Assembly: GCF_009914755.1 (NCBI RefSeq)
Contig: NC_060931.1
DNA from: the human T2T-CHM13v2.0 reference genome, Homo sapiens
Reading direction: 5' to 3' (one strand)
Length of the DNA: 64,000 nucleotides
Below the pieces are notes generated by a model. It worked only from the letters and a program-made list of their open reading frames with translations, was not told the origin of the DNA and did not search any database. Of this stretch, positions 1 to 13,773 are shown in pieces (within the stretch, counting starts at the first letter, position 1; each line of letters begins with the position of its first letter). Made by a program: the position numbers and the translations under genes.

Positions 1-439
1 CCTGACACCACCTAGAAGCTCAATAAATGTTTGTTCAATGGGAGAATAGGATCAGCAAAGATTTCTCAGGGGCTGTATTTATATCTATGATAAAAAGTCA
101 ACAAAGCCAAATCCTTTGCTAAATATCTTCATAGTGAAGTGACACAGAAAAGAAAACGAGAGAGAGAGAGGAAAAAAAAGGAAAGATAACTCATGATGGT
201 TAAACCCTAGATGTTTAAATAAAACAAATGCCACTTAGGTAAAACTGCAAAGATATGTAGTCCAGTACCATAGATTGCTTTTGATCAGACTTGATATGGA
301 GAAAGAATTTCGTGCTTAGAGAAATTTTAAAAAATTCTTATGTCCATTAGACTATTTCTTTCAAATATCAATATCAAATATTATATCAACTGGAGTTTTC
401 ATCAGGAAAATTGAAGGGGAAACCGAAAATTTACATGGA

Positions 440-1790
440 GATGTTGAAAAAAATATATGAACCAAGGTATTTCCAGCAAAGGAAATTGTTTTCTTTCTGG
501 TTATTTTCTTTTGTGCATATTGGCAACTCTTTCTATGCCTTTCAATATCTTCTCAATATACTTTTTTCAAGAGGTAAATTTTTATTTCAGGTAATCTAGT
601 AAATCTAATAATTTTACCTTACTCTTGGTATCTACTCTTTTGGTCATTTTTATTATTTTTCTCCCTGGATAAGATGTTTTCCAAGACTGCAATGAAGCTG
701 TCATCCTTGGGTTTCTCTTTGCCTTTTTCTTGAGTTTGATTCTCTCTTTCCTAGAGCTCATGTCTTTCTTTCTTTGGATAGTCCTTTTTTTCTATTTTTG
801 AAACATGCTCCAACAATTTTATTAGATTCAAAGAATGTATAATCAGAAAACAAAACTCTGTCCTCAGTGTGCTTTCCCACCTGCAAGACGGTTGTTCTTA
901 ATGCCTGATGTACAGTTGTCATTCTAGGATATCTTAGCAAAATTAATTTGGAGATTCTCTTGTTTGGATCCTTGCTGGATCTCCCATTTTTGGGCCACTT
1001 CCTTCTCTTGACTGATGCTTTCGCTTTGATGCCAGACTGTCTGAGTAGCTTCCTAAGAAATAAGGAAAGGAGGCAAATTTTTTGAGACCTCGTGTTTAAA
1101 CATTCTGAAAATGTTTAATCCACCTGATAAGTATGTTGGCTCAGCATCAATTTCTTGGTCCGAAATTATTTCCTTCAGAATTCTGAAGGCCTTGCTCCAT
1201 TGTCTTCTTGTGTTGTGCTGTTGAAAAGTCTAAAGCTACAGTGAACTCTGTTCTGTTACTCTCTCCAGAAGCTTATAGATTTTCATTTTGACTCTACTGC
1301 TCTGAAATTTTATAATAATATGTGTTGGTCTGTTTTCATCCATTAGGTTGGGTTCTCAGGGTCCATTTCAATCACAACCCCATGCCCTTCAGTTTTAAAT
1401 TATCTGTCAATAATTTTAAGCACAAATTTTCTTTTTCAAAAAAAAACTACAATGTGAATACTGACACTCATGAATTAGTCCTCTTTCTCAAATTTTCTCC
1501 CCTGTTTCTTCATTTCTTTATTTTTTAGCCTAATTTTTGGAAGACTTTCTCAGTTTATCTTCCAGCACTTTAATTAAATTTATTTCTGTTTTTATGTATT
1601 TAACCTCGTGAAGTTTATGTTCTCAGAATGTTTTCTCCCATAGCATCCTATTTTTTTTTGTCATGGTTGCAATGCTTATGCTTCCTCTTATCTCTTTGAA
1701 AAGATCAATGATAGTTTCTGTGTATACATGCACATATTTATGTATGTATCTGTAAAGTTTTCATCTCACTGCATAGTTTCTGTTTTATCA
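440..1790 (-). mobile_element. Highly decayed L1M (L1ME-like) fragments
   Basis: T-rich strand bias and old-L1 antisense phrases such as 'ttccttcagaattctgaaggccttgctccattgtcttc'. Boundaries approximate. Confidence 0.45.
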
Positions 1791-4700
1791 TGATATTTAG
1801 TTATCCCAACATCATTTGTTCCTCCATTGAATTACCTTAGTACCTTGGTTGAAAATCAGTTGGCTTTAAATGTACAATCTTATTTCTAATCTCTCTAAGT
1901 TCTATTCTATTAATTTATATGTCTGTCTGTATACTACTAACACACTGTCTTCATTATTGTACCTTTGTAGTAAGTTTTAAATAAGGAAATACATCTTTCA
2001 CCTTTGTTCTTCTTTTTCATGATTATTTTGACTACTTTATGTCCTTTGCATTTCCATAAGAATTTTAGGGTCAGCTTGTCAATTTCCATATAAAAAGGTA
2101 GCTGAGATTTTGATAGAAATTTTATTCTATCTTCAAATCAACTTGGAGACTATTGCCATCTTAACAACATTAAGTCTTCTGATTCACAACATGGGATATC
2201 TTTCCATTTATTTGGTCTTCTTTAATTTCTTTCAGCAGCATTTTGTAGTTTTACATGTATAAGTCTTGTAGTTCTTTGGTTCAGTTTATTCTAAATATTT
2301 TATTCTTTTTAATGTTATTGTGAATGAAATTGTTCTTGTAAATTTAATTTTGGGCTGCTTATTGCTAGTATGTAGAAATAAAATTATTTTTTGTATATTG
2401 ATCTTATATCCTGTGACTTTGCTGAATTCATTTATTAGTTCTAATAATTCTATAGCGGATTTTTATATACAAGACCATATTATCTGCAAGTAGAGATAGT
2501 TTTACTTCTTCCTTTGATTCTGAATTTTTTTTCTTTTTTCTTTTTGCCTTATTATCCTGGAAATAGAAGAGGAGAGAGTGGACATCCTTATTTTCTTCTT
2601 AATTTTATGGGGAAAAATTTTAGTATTTTACCATTATGTATGATGTTAGCGATGGCCTTTTTGTAGATGTCTTTTATAGGTAGAGGATATTCAGTTCTCT
2701 TCCTAGTTTGTTGGGTGTTCATATCATAACATTGTGTTAAATTTTGTCAAATGCTTTTTTGGCATCAATTGAGGCGGCCATGTGGTTTTTTTCTTTTATT
2801 CTTTTAACATTGTGTATTAAATTCACTGATTTTCAGATGTTAAAATAGCCTTGCATTCCTGAGATGGGTTCCACATAATCATGGCATATAATCCATTTTT
2901 TATATTTCCAGATTCAGTTTTGCTAGTATTTTGTTTAGGATTTTTACATCTATATTCACAAGGATTTTTCTGGTAATGTCTTTGTCTAGATTTGGTATCA
3001 AAGTAATACTGGCCCCAGAGAATAAGTTGGGATGTGTCCTCTCTCTTATATCTTTTGGAAGAGTTTGTGAAATATTATTAATGTTTCTTTAAACATTTGG
3101 TAGAATATATCAGCAAAGCCATCTGGGCCTGAAATTTTCTTTGTGGACTGTTTTAAAATTTCTAATTAAATAACTTTACTTGTTACAGGTCTATTAAAAT
3201 TTTCTGTTTCTGCTAGAATAAGTTTCAATACCTTATACCTTTCTAGAAATGTATCCATCTCACCAGAGTCATCTAATTTGTCATTCACAGTATTTGTATA
3301 ATTGTCTTTTATTTCTAGAAAATTAGTAATTACATCCTCTCTTTCATTCATAATTTATTAACTGAATCTTCTGACTTTTTTCTTTATCATTCTAGCTAAA
3401 GATTTGTCAGTTTTGGTGATCTTTTCAAAGAAAAACTTCTTTTTTAAAATTCTTTGTATTGTTTTCCCATTGTCTATTTTACTTATCTCTGCTCCAATCT
3501 TTATTATTTTTTTTCATTCTGCTTGCTTTGCATTTAGTTTGCTGTTTGTGTAGTTTAAGGTAAGAGGTTAGGTAATTTTTGAGATTCTATTTCTTTTTAA
3601 ATATAGACATTTATAGCTAAAAATTCCCCTCAAAGCCTGCTTTTGCTGCATTCATACATTTTGATATGTTTTGTTTTGGTTTTCACTCATCTTGAAGTAT
3701 ATTCTATTTCCCTGTGATATCTTATTTGACCCATTACTTAGGAGTGTTTTAAAAAATTGCTACATATTTGTGAATTGCCTAAATTTTCTTCTTCTATGGA
3801 TTTCTAATCTCATTCTGCTGCAGTCAGAAATGTTATTTTGTATGATTTCAACTCTTTAAAATTATTGAGGCTTATTTTGTGGACTATCATATGGTCTATC
3901 CTGCTTGGAGAATGTTCCATGTACAGTTGAGAAATGTAAGTATTCTTCTCATAGATATTATTTTTTTAGGTGGTGTCTTTTACAGATGTCTATTAGGACT
4001 ACTTGATTTATTTAAAATGACATACTAGAAAATACCTATTTAATTCAAAAAAATGCAGTAATGCAGGAGTAAAGGCATAAAAAGATATGACATGTAACAC
4101 ATAGTATAATGGCAAACAGAAATCCTATCTTATCAATAATTACATTCAGTCTAAATAGATTAAACATTTCAATTTATTATTATTGTTCAAATCTTCTGTT
4201 TTGTTGTTGGTCTTCTAATTGTTTCATCCATTATTGAAAGTGGAGTTTTAAAGTATTCAACCATTGTTGAATTATCTGTTTTTCTCTGCATTTCTGTCAG
4301 TTTGTTTAATTGGGACTCTGTTTTCAGGTCTACATGTGTTTTTAATTGTTATGTCTTCCTAATAGATTGACTCTTTTATCATTATAAAATGTTTTTGTCT
4401 TTATTAACAATTTTTATCTTATTGTCTATATAATAGGTAATATGATATGATATAGTATATAAAAATATAGCCATTCCAGCTACGTTTTGGTTACTATTTG
4501 GATAATATATCTTTTTCATTATTTTACTTGGAACCTATGTGTTTTTTGAATTTAAAATGTTTCTCTTGTGGACCGCATGTAGTTAGATTATGTTTTATTT
4601 TTATCCATGCTGCCAATCTCTTTTGATTAGAATGTTTAATCTATTTAGATTTAATGTAATTATTGATAAGGTAGGATTTATGTCTGTCATTTCATTATAT

Positions 4701-7130
4701 GTTTTATATGTCTTATGTCTTTTTATTCTTCTATTCCACCATTACTGCATTTTTGAGTTAAACGGGTATTGTCTAGTATGCCATTTAAAATATCTTGTTA
4801 TTACTTTTATTATATTTTTTAAGTTACTTTTCTAGGTGTTGCCCTGGGAATTCCAATATCTTAACTTAAAAAATCTAGATAGGATTAGTACCAACAATTT
4901 CAATAGCATGTTAAAAATTTGCTCCAGTATAGTTTTATTTCCTCCTCCCTCCTTTGCGGTATTATTGTCATACACATTACATTTTTATACATTATGATTA
5001 TATCAATTCCATTTTATAATTATTGCTTTATTGTCTTTTAAAACAGATGAGAATAAAAGAATTACAAGCAAAAATACATTTTTATCATCTTCATATTTAC
5101 CTATGTAGTTATTTTAATGAGTGCTGTTTATTTCTTCATTTGAATCTGAGTTGTTGTCTAGTGTTTTTTCACTCCCACCTGAAGGACTTTCATTAGTTTT
5201 TCTTATATTGCAGTTCTTCAAGTGATGAATTCTGTTTTTGTTTATCTGAGAATGTCTTAAATTGTCTCTTTATATCCTGTATTCTATAGAATTCTATATT
5301 CTATATTCTATATTCAGTTTTGCTGAATATAGAATTCTTGATATTGACATTCCTTTATCCTTTCAATGCTTTGAATGTCATCCTACAGCCTTCAGGTTGC
5401 ATGGTTTCTGCTAAGAAGTCAGTTGTTAATCTTTTAAAATATCCCTTGTATGTGATGAGTCATTTTTATCTTGCTGCTTACAAGATACTTTGTCTTTTGA
5501 GTTTTATTATCATGTGTCTGAGTGTGTATTTCTCTGAGTTTTTCCTCTCCGGAGTTTGTTGAGCTTTTTGGTTCTGTACATTGTTTCTCATCAAAATTGG
5601 GGAGTTTGGGGCCATTATTTATTGAAATATTCTTTATGCCTTTTTCTTTTCTCTTCTCTTTCTGGGACTCCCATTATGTGTGATGGTATATTTGATGGTG
5701 TTTCACAGGTCTCTGAGGGTCTGTTCATTTTTATTCATTTTTTTTCTGTTTTTCCAGCTGGATAATTTTAATTGGCTTATTTTCAAGGTTGCTGATTCTT
5801 TTTCTTCTGCCATCTCAGATCTGATGTTGAGGTCCTGTACTGAATGTTTTATTTAAATTACCATATTTTGCAACTCTAAACTCTTATTTGGTCCTTTTAT
5901 GATATTTACCTCTTTATGATACTCTGTATTTGATGAGACATTCTTTCTCATACACTCCTTCAGTTATTTTGAACAATATATAATAACTAATTTTTTGTTT
6001 TTGTCTAGTGAGAACAACATTTGCATTTCCTCAAGGACAGTTTTTATTGATTGGCTTTTGTTTTGTTTTGTTTTTGTGTGTGTGGGTCATTCTTTCTCAT
6101 TTCTTTGTGTGTCTTGTGATGGTTTGTTGTAAACTGGACATTTAAAATGATATGATAATATGAAAACTCTTGAACTTAGATATACTCCTAGGTTTTGTTG
6201 TTGTTTCTGGTTTGTTTGTTTTAAAGAGACTTTCCTGGACTAACTTTATAAAACCTATATATTTTGTCAAGTACAACACTGAAGTTCCTACTTGAATAGC
6301 CTAGTTAATGACTGGACAGAGATTTTTTTAAGTGACTTGAACAAATATGTCTACCACCCTTTTCTGAAGGTCTCTGTGTTTTTGTTGGAGCATGCCTTCA
6401 ATGCTCCACCTGTTTACAACTCAGTGTTAGTCTTCCCTTCTTGTTTGTGCAGCCTCGAGGTCTTTCAGATGTGAGAAATTAGGGTCTTCTCAGATCTTTC
6501 TTGGGCATGAACACAGCCCTGCACATGTGCATAGCCAGCCTTTTGTAGATCCACACGAATATGTCAGAGTTTTTCAAAGTCCACTATTAGCCAAGTTTAT
6601 TATTTTGCCCCAGTTGGTATCACTGTCTCAGGCAGCTATAATATTAAACAATTACCATTGTTTTAAACATACACCCTGCTGGTATGGATTTCCTGACTTA
6701 GGAATCTCTGAACTAGGTCAAATAAAGACAGGCCTACTGAATGGGCTTTGCCAGAGAGCTTCCAGATAGGCCTAATAGTGATAATTCTCCAGAAATGGGA
6801 CTTTTTGTTTGAGAGTCCACACCCTTTCTGCTTCCTTTAACTGATAGGATGCTGTTTTTCACAGCTACCACTATTCCAAGGCTGATTGTTTTAAGGCTAA
6901 TGAAGAGCTGGGGAGAGGGTAATGGAAATAGGGTAAGTTAAAGTGCCACGAAGTTCACTGTTCTTATTGATAGTCAACTCTTTTTTTCTTGTATAAATGC
7001 TCCTCAGATTATTGAAAGCCTTTGGTTAATTTCTAGGGTTTTGAAAAAGTTAATTTTGACAGGTTTTGCCAGCGTTCTTGTTGTTTTTATGGAGGAATGG
7101 GGTTTCGGAGGTTCTATTTCCACTACCTCA
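1790..7130 (-). mobile_element. Old mammalian L1 (L1M) relic spanning ORF2, ORF1 and 5' region, antisense
   Basis: Continuous antisense L1-like text (e.g. 'tgtatgatgttagc', 'ccttgcattcctgagat', 'aaagccatctgggcctg', 'ggagaatgttccatgt') with no long ORF. Boundaries approximate. Confidence 0.8.
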
Positions 7131-9343
7131 GAAGTACTTCCCTCTCTTTGTCTTTTTAATAAAACCAATTTGCTTACTGTAGTTTCTATGGGATTTTTGC
7201 AAAGAAAAATATTTATTTTCATTCTACCATTTTAGAGTCTATATTTGCTCTGTTTGTTAGTCAGTAACAATGAATTTCAATTTTTCTGCTAGTAGAATAT
7301 CAGGTAGGAAGACAAATCAGAAAGAAAGACATTCTTGTTTAAGGCCATTTTTCTTTTAAATTCACACATGATCAGCAGTTTGTTTTGTTTCTATCTAAAG
7401 CCAAATCCAGTGGCTACGTCTATATTTATGTTAAATAACCAACAGCACTCTGGGCCTTTCTGAATTTGCAAGGTGGCTTCTCAGCAATGCAGATCTCCCT
7501 TTGAATTCTTTTTGCCCTCTGCACAGCATAATGACATTGTTACATTTGTGTTATTCTTGCTTGAATACTATGTTATGAGAGCTTGAATATTTGCTAATGC
7601 ATATGTAGGGGGAGGGAAGTTCCTTATGGAAATATTCCATATTCCCTGTGAAGTACCTTAAGCAGTTAGGATTGTTCACATTTTTCAGATGCTGAACTTT
7701 GGCTCAGAGGAGTAAAGTGACTTGCCATGAACAACCAGCTGGTAGGCACCAGGGTTGGGAGTTGAATGCAGGTCAGGTATATCAAAGTTTAAGAACTCCT
7801 TCCCTCTACCACACAATGTTCTTTACCCCAGATATTACGGAGTCTTAGATTGTCATTTAGTCTAAACCATCCAATGCTTAAAATACCTATACAGTATCCA
7901 ATACCTTCTTGTGCATCTTCTTGTGTATCTAGGGCAGGTGAAGAAGTAACTTCATAAATGCTTTCCAATAAAATTATGCTTTACAGGGGAAGGCTAGATC
8001 TAGTTCCTTTTACTTTGGTGAGATTATGGGAGTAAAAGTGAGGGCGAGGCTCAACTTTAGCTCAATAACTTGTTAAAAAAACTCTCCATGCAGAGTTTCA
8101 GATTTACACTTATTCTAGTAATTAAACAAATATTTATTGAGCACCCATTATGTGTCCAGGGCTTGAAGTAAGACAGAAAAAGCCTCTACAAAAGGAAGAT
8201 ATGAGAGACACTTAATAGGTATATATACTCCATGAATGCAGTAATTTTCTCCTGTTTTATTTAATACCATATACCAGATCCTTAGAACAGTTCCTGGTAC
8301 GTATGGATGCTCAGTATACATTATGGAATTAATTGATTAACTGAGATAATTTCACGTTTTTAAAGGTTATAAAAAACAAAATGGGTTAGTAGAGTGTAGA
8401 GCGTTGTGGCACAGTGAGCTGCATTATAGTGGGTGGCCAGGAAAGGTTCTCTGAGGAGAGAGCATTGAACATCATTGTCATCTGGTTTGAGAACAGTCAT
8501 GGATCATTTTTTTGAAATTACTTCAGAAACAGCCACTGAGGAAAACTCCTGATTCGGGGGCCCCATTTATATTTTTTATCACAAGGAACCCTAGAGTGTC
8601 CTTTGGAGTATGGCGGGAATGAACACCACACCTCACTGAGGGTCCATTGCTAGTGTTTTCCATCACCATTAGCCAAGGGATTAATTTATTTTTAAGCTAT
8701 AGGCTGAAGCCTTGAGAATGTAATTTAGTTTCAGTTTAATTTTATAGTAATTTTCTTAAAGAGAATAAAGGCGACTTCTAGAAAGTGTATAGAAATTAGC
8801 AAAATTCTAAAAGTTATATAATCCAGAACTTAGTCCTTAGAAACAAGGGTGATCTAGGTTTGCTGAACACATACTGTAGATATTTTCCCATTTAGTCTTT
8901 GGACATGGATATAGGGCTGACTAGTGAAAAATCAAAGATTTGACATGCATGCTTTAATGGAAAAAACATGAAGATAGGATCAGGTCATAAGTATTACTTG
9001 TGTAATCTACGGTAAGTTATTGGAGGCCCTCATACCTCAATGTTCCCATCTTCATGATGGGCGTAATAAAATCTACCCAGCTTGGCAGTTGTAAGGATTA
9101 TAGACAATGTGTTCAGAATACCATGAACAATAATGGCAAGCAGTAAATGGCAGTTAGTTATTAGTACTATGGACGCATCTTGAAGTCATTTTTAAATTCT
9201 CTTATGCTATTTCTGTGGACAAAGATGTGAAGATGTGAGTGATTATCAATGTATAGTCCTTGGTACTCTCTTAAGCAAAATAAGACATTAAGTAATTTTT
9301 TAAAATGGAGATTCTTTGAGTCTTATGAACAATGGTTGTGTAA

Positions 9344-9739
<396 letters not shown>

Positions 9740-12399
9740 GAGTTTACTGAGAATTCTAATTCCGTTTTCTGTTAAAAGGTCTAGCTGCTATGCAATGCTA
9801 TGACAATGTTGCAAGGTTCCTACTGTACATGCAAAAATATAAATTATTGGAATTCTTACAGTTTTCAAGAATTATGATTTGTTAATATATTAATAACATC
9901 TTAAATTGACCATGGTTTTTAATCGTGCCTCTTTTTGATTAATTTAAATGTAAGTTATTGCTAATTTCTCTCTCTAAAAAATTATTGTATTTATGGTTAT
10001 CCCTTCAGGGTCTAGTAGTGAATATATGCATATTGGGTCCTATTGATTTCAATAATCAGATTTTTAAATGTGCAGGTCTTAGAGTTTTGTTCTGAATCAT
10101 CCCTACCACCTGTCTTAGGTTGGATTTCCCAGAAATGGACCTCAGGGAGAGTTTGTGTTAAAGTGATGTATTAAGATGTATTCTGAGGAAGTACAGTATG
10201 GGGGTGGGACCCTGAGGAGAAGGAGGTCATCTGCCCATCAACACATCCCTCCACCCACTGACAAAGTCCATTTTTTTCATCATCTCATTGATTCCACAGG
10301 CACAATGTTATTTCAGCTTTAGAAATAAATAGTATCTTAGATCATAAGGTAAATTCCCCAGATAGCTTAAAGAGTAGTTTTCAATGGCCTTTTCCTGATT
10401 TCCTCTGTGGCCAAAGTAGGAAGCAGCATAAGGATTATGTACAGGTGAATGAGACAAGAAAAGACAAAACCAAAAAGGTTTCTAAATTTCATTTTTTGGT
10501 AGCATAAAAACATTAGATTGTGATTCAAACAATTATCAGATATCCAAACCTCTCTTAACAGATACCAGATACCCAAACCTCTCTTGCTTACTTTTTGCCT
10601 TCTTGGTGGTTTGTGGGAATGGTATGGTTGTCCTGGTCATATTCCAATCTAGATAATTATATCTTCTCTTCTGCAAATTGCCTGTTGCTTATATTCCAAG
10701 TGCATTCTTCTTTTCTTTATGACAGACTGCTCCTAGGCACCACAGCATGGTGGTAAACAGCTGTAGGGAGCTACCCCAAAGATGGTTGCACTTCAGTGGT
10801 GGGTGAGCTCGTCCCGGTATAATTTATCAACTTGTTCAGTTTTTGAAGCATTTGCCATCTTTCAGGAAGAAAAGCCTGGAGAAGGGAAGATCCTATTATT
10901 TCTTCTATAAACTCAATAGGTTTGAGACACTGTTCTAATTAGAATGGAGATAACAACAATTTAAAAATGATAGATCTTTGCAAAGGGGATGATTAATATA
11001 AATGGGTTTCTCAACAAGTATTTCATTGATAAGCTATTAAAGAATAAGTGTTAAATTTTAGATTGCCAAAGGTATCATACCTCTATGTAGTATTAAGCAT
11101 TTCTGAGGTAGGCAAGAGAGTCATTGAAATAATAACCAAATCTCCCCAACAGTTTAATTAAAAGAAAATGTGAATTAGTATAAAAATCAAAACTATTCTG
11201 CTTTTTGTAAAAAACAGAAAACAACTTCATTGTGAGTGGAGATAAGAGTTCAGACAAAATTATTTAAGAGAAAATACATCCTGATTAGTCTCTTCCATTA
11301 ACAGCAGCTCTTTAGAGACAACTTTTACCTTCTAAATGATTTAATGCTCCATCTTTTAAAGAAAAAAAAACCCACGATACTCTTGTCATTTTCTGATTTA
11401 TATTAGTGCTCCCTCCGACCCCCACAGTACTTTAAGGATAATACTCTACCTAAAATGAGTTCAATGAGTTTGGTTGAAATTGAAGATAATAAAGATAAAA
11501 TGAAAATGAAGATAAAATATTTGGAGACTATTTAAATTTCAGAAGAAAACATTTGACCTATTAAGAAGAGAGTTACTTTTATTTACTTCTAATGCTACAA
11601 ATCACTGCAGGAAAAGAAGATAAAGTCCCTTTTCTATTTGTAGTAAAGAAAATGGTAGGAAATGCATTTTAGAAGCACACATATTGATTGTCATTAGATA
11701 AACTGTTTATGCTGTCAGAGCGTTTCCAGTAGTTGTGGCATCCATGGGATCCTAAAGAAGCCAAGAGATGACAGAAGCCTATCAGGTTCACAGACTTTTA
11801 GGGAACCTTAAAGCCCTCTTGGTGCCCATCATTGTGATAGGAGCAAGGACTATGACTAAGTCACCCAGATCAAAGGTGTGACCATTTCCCCAAACTTAAG
11901 ATCAGCCTTTTCACTTCATGTATGTCTGTCTTCCCCAGCCACCACCCAATTTCTGCCCCCTCACTTCTCCCTAAACAATACAACCAATACCCCATAAAAA
12001 GTAATTAGGACTGTTCATGAGAAAATCCAAAGGGGGCAAATTCACATTGTTCTTTGGGAGGTTCCTCCCCTGTCCTTTCCTGCTAACACACACCACTACT
12101 AATTAGGCTATTGAAGAAGAGGCATCTGGCTGTTGCCAACTCTTGGCACCCAAGTTTCATGAATCTTTTGGTCAAGAAGGGAAATATTTCTTTCCTGATC
12201 CAAAGCCTAATCCCAAGAAAAAATGCCTCCAGGGGCCCCTTCTTCTCAGAAAAGGTAGAGATGATGTTAGGAAAGGCTTTGAAACCAAAAGGGAGTCCAG
12301 AAAGGCCAAAAAGCAAATTTCATAAACTCCCCTCCATTAATGGGGTCACAATGTAGAAACCCATAATTATAGTTGAGTATTAGGGCTTACCAATAATTA

Positions 12400-12530
12400 T
12401 TTTTAGCTTATGAGTGAGGAAACCAAGGCTCTTAAAAGCTAAGCAACTTGCTCAAGTTCACCCAGCTGGCAAGTGTTGGCATCAGGATGAAACCCAGGTT
12501 CCTCTGACTCCAAATGGCATGCCATGCCCA
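12400..12530. mobile_element. MIR fragment
   Basis: Core-like 'gaggaaaccaaggctc...aagcaacttgctcaagttcacccagct...gaaacccaggttcctctgactcca'. Confidence 0.65.
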
Positions 12531-13305
12531 AATTATATGCCGCAAATATAAGTTGTGATTATCACTTTATTATAAAATATGCTTTGTTGTGCACATTGCA
12601 TGTTATAAGAAGCCAAAGTGGATAAAATGGTTTATCATATGTGTCGAGAGAGTAGGTGACTCAAAGCATTCTAGGATTCACTGTGGAAGACCTGATTCTT
12701 CATCCCCTTACATTGTGTCTGAGAGAGGAAATCCCTCTCTGCTCTCTTCCCTGATTCCATATTGACCTTTGTCTTCTTTCAATTTGTAAAGCATGGTGAC
12801 ATTACCTTTAATCTGTGTATACTAGTCACAACATTTCATTAGTCTTTCAAAAGCAGTTTTAGCTGCTCTTGCTTTTCTTTGTAAGTACAGGCAAGGTGTC
12901 CTTTCTATGTCTATTTTCAGGTGATCACATTTTTGTCATAGTAAAATGGAAGGCATAATGACTAGATTTCTGGGTAAACTCTCATAATTTACATATGAGA
13001 AAAGAAAGGTCCATAAAGTTAGTGATTTATTCTAGGTGCCAACAATGATTGGTGACAAATCCAGACTCCAAACTCTCAGTGTTGAATTTTCAATTCTTAT
13101 TATTTTACCATTAATTAGTTTTCTATGTAACATGTTCCTAACTTATTGTTTCAACTGTATGTGTAGAGCTAAGTTTAAAGCAGGTAAAGTTACTGTATCA
13201 TAGCATTTTGATAAGAATAACATCTGATTTATTTTCAATCTCCAAAATTTACCTCATCTATGCTGAGGAAATCAATGGTCAAGTAAGTTTGTAAAGAGTG
13301 TTCTT

Positions 13306-13773
13306 TTAACAGTTAAAGAAGGGGGAGGAGCCAAGATGGCCGAATAGGAACAGCTCCAGTCTACAGCCCCCAGCGTGAGCCACGCAGAAGACGGGTGATT
13401 TCTGCATTTCCATCTGAGGTACCGGTTCCATCTCACTAGGGAGTGCCAGACAGTGGGCGCAGGTCAGTGGGTGCAGCGCACCATGCACAAGCTGAAGCAG
13501 CGCAAGGCATTGCCTCCCTCGGGAAGCACAAGGGGTCAGGGAGTTCCCTTTCCTAGTCAAAGAAAGGGGTGACAGATGGCACCTGGAAAATCGGGTCACT
13601 CCCACCCAAATACTGCGCTTTTCCGACGGGCTTAAAAAACGGCGCACCAGGAGACTATATCCTGCACCTGGCTTGGCGGGTCCTACGCCCACGGAGTCTC
13701 GCTGATTGCTAGCACAGCAGTCTGAGATCAAACTGCAAGGTGGCAGCGAGGCTGGGGGAGGGGTGCCCGCCAT
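13306..13773 (-). CDS. L1 antisense ORF0, extended form (155 aa); translation unproven
   Basis: ATG at 13773 gives MAGTPPPASLPPCSLISDCCASNQRDSVGVGP..., the primate L1 ORF0 N-terminus. The frame is open to a TAA at 13306-13308, at the edge of the upstream TSD. Confidence 0.55.
   Translation of the reverse strand: MAGTPPPASLPPCSLISDCCASNQRDSVGVGPAKPGAGYSLLVRRFLSPSEKRSIWVGVTRFSRCHLSPLSLTRKGNSLTPCASRGRQCLALLQLVHGALHPLTCAHCLALPSEMEPVPQMEMQKSPVFCVAHAGGCRLELFLFGHLGSSPFFNC

Noticed and set aside
581-596. AG|GT recursive-splice-like site (tttatttcag|gtaatc), and GT at the start of exon 35886
   Set aside because: Weak reconstituted donors; such matches are frequent in T-rich antisense L1 sequence.
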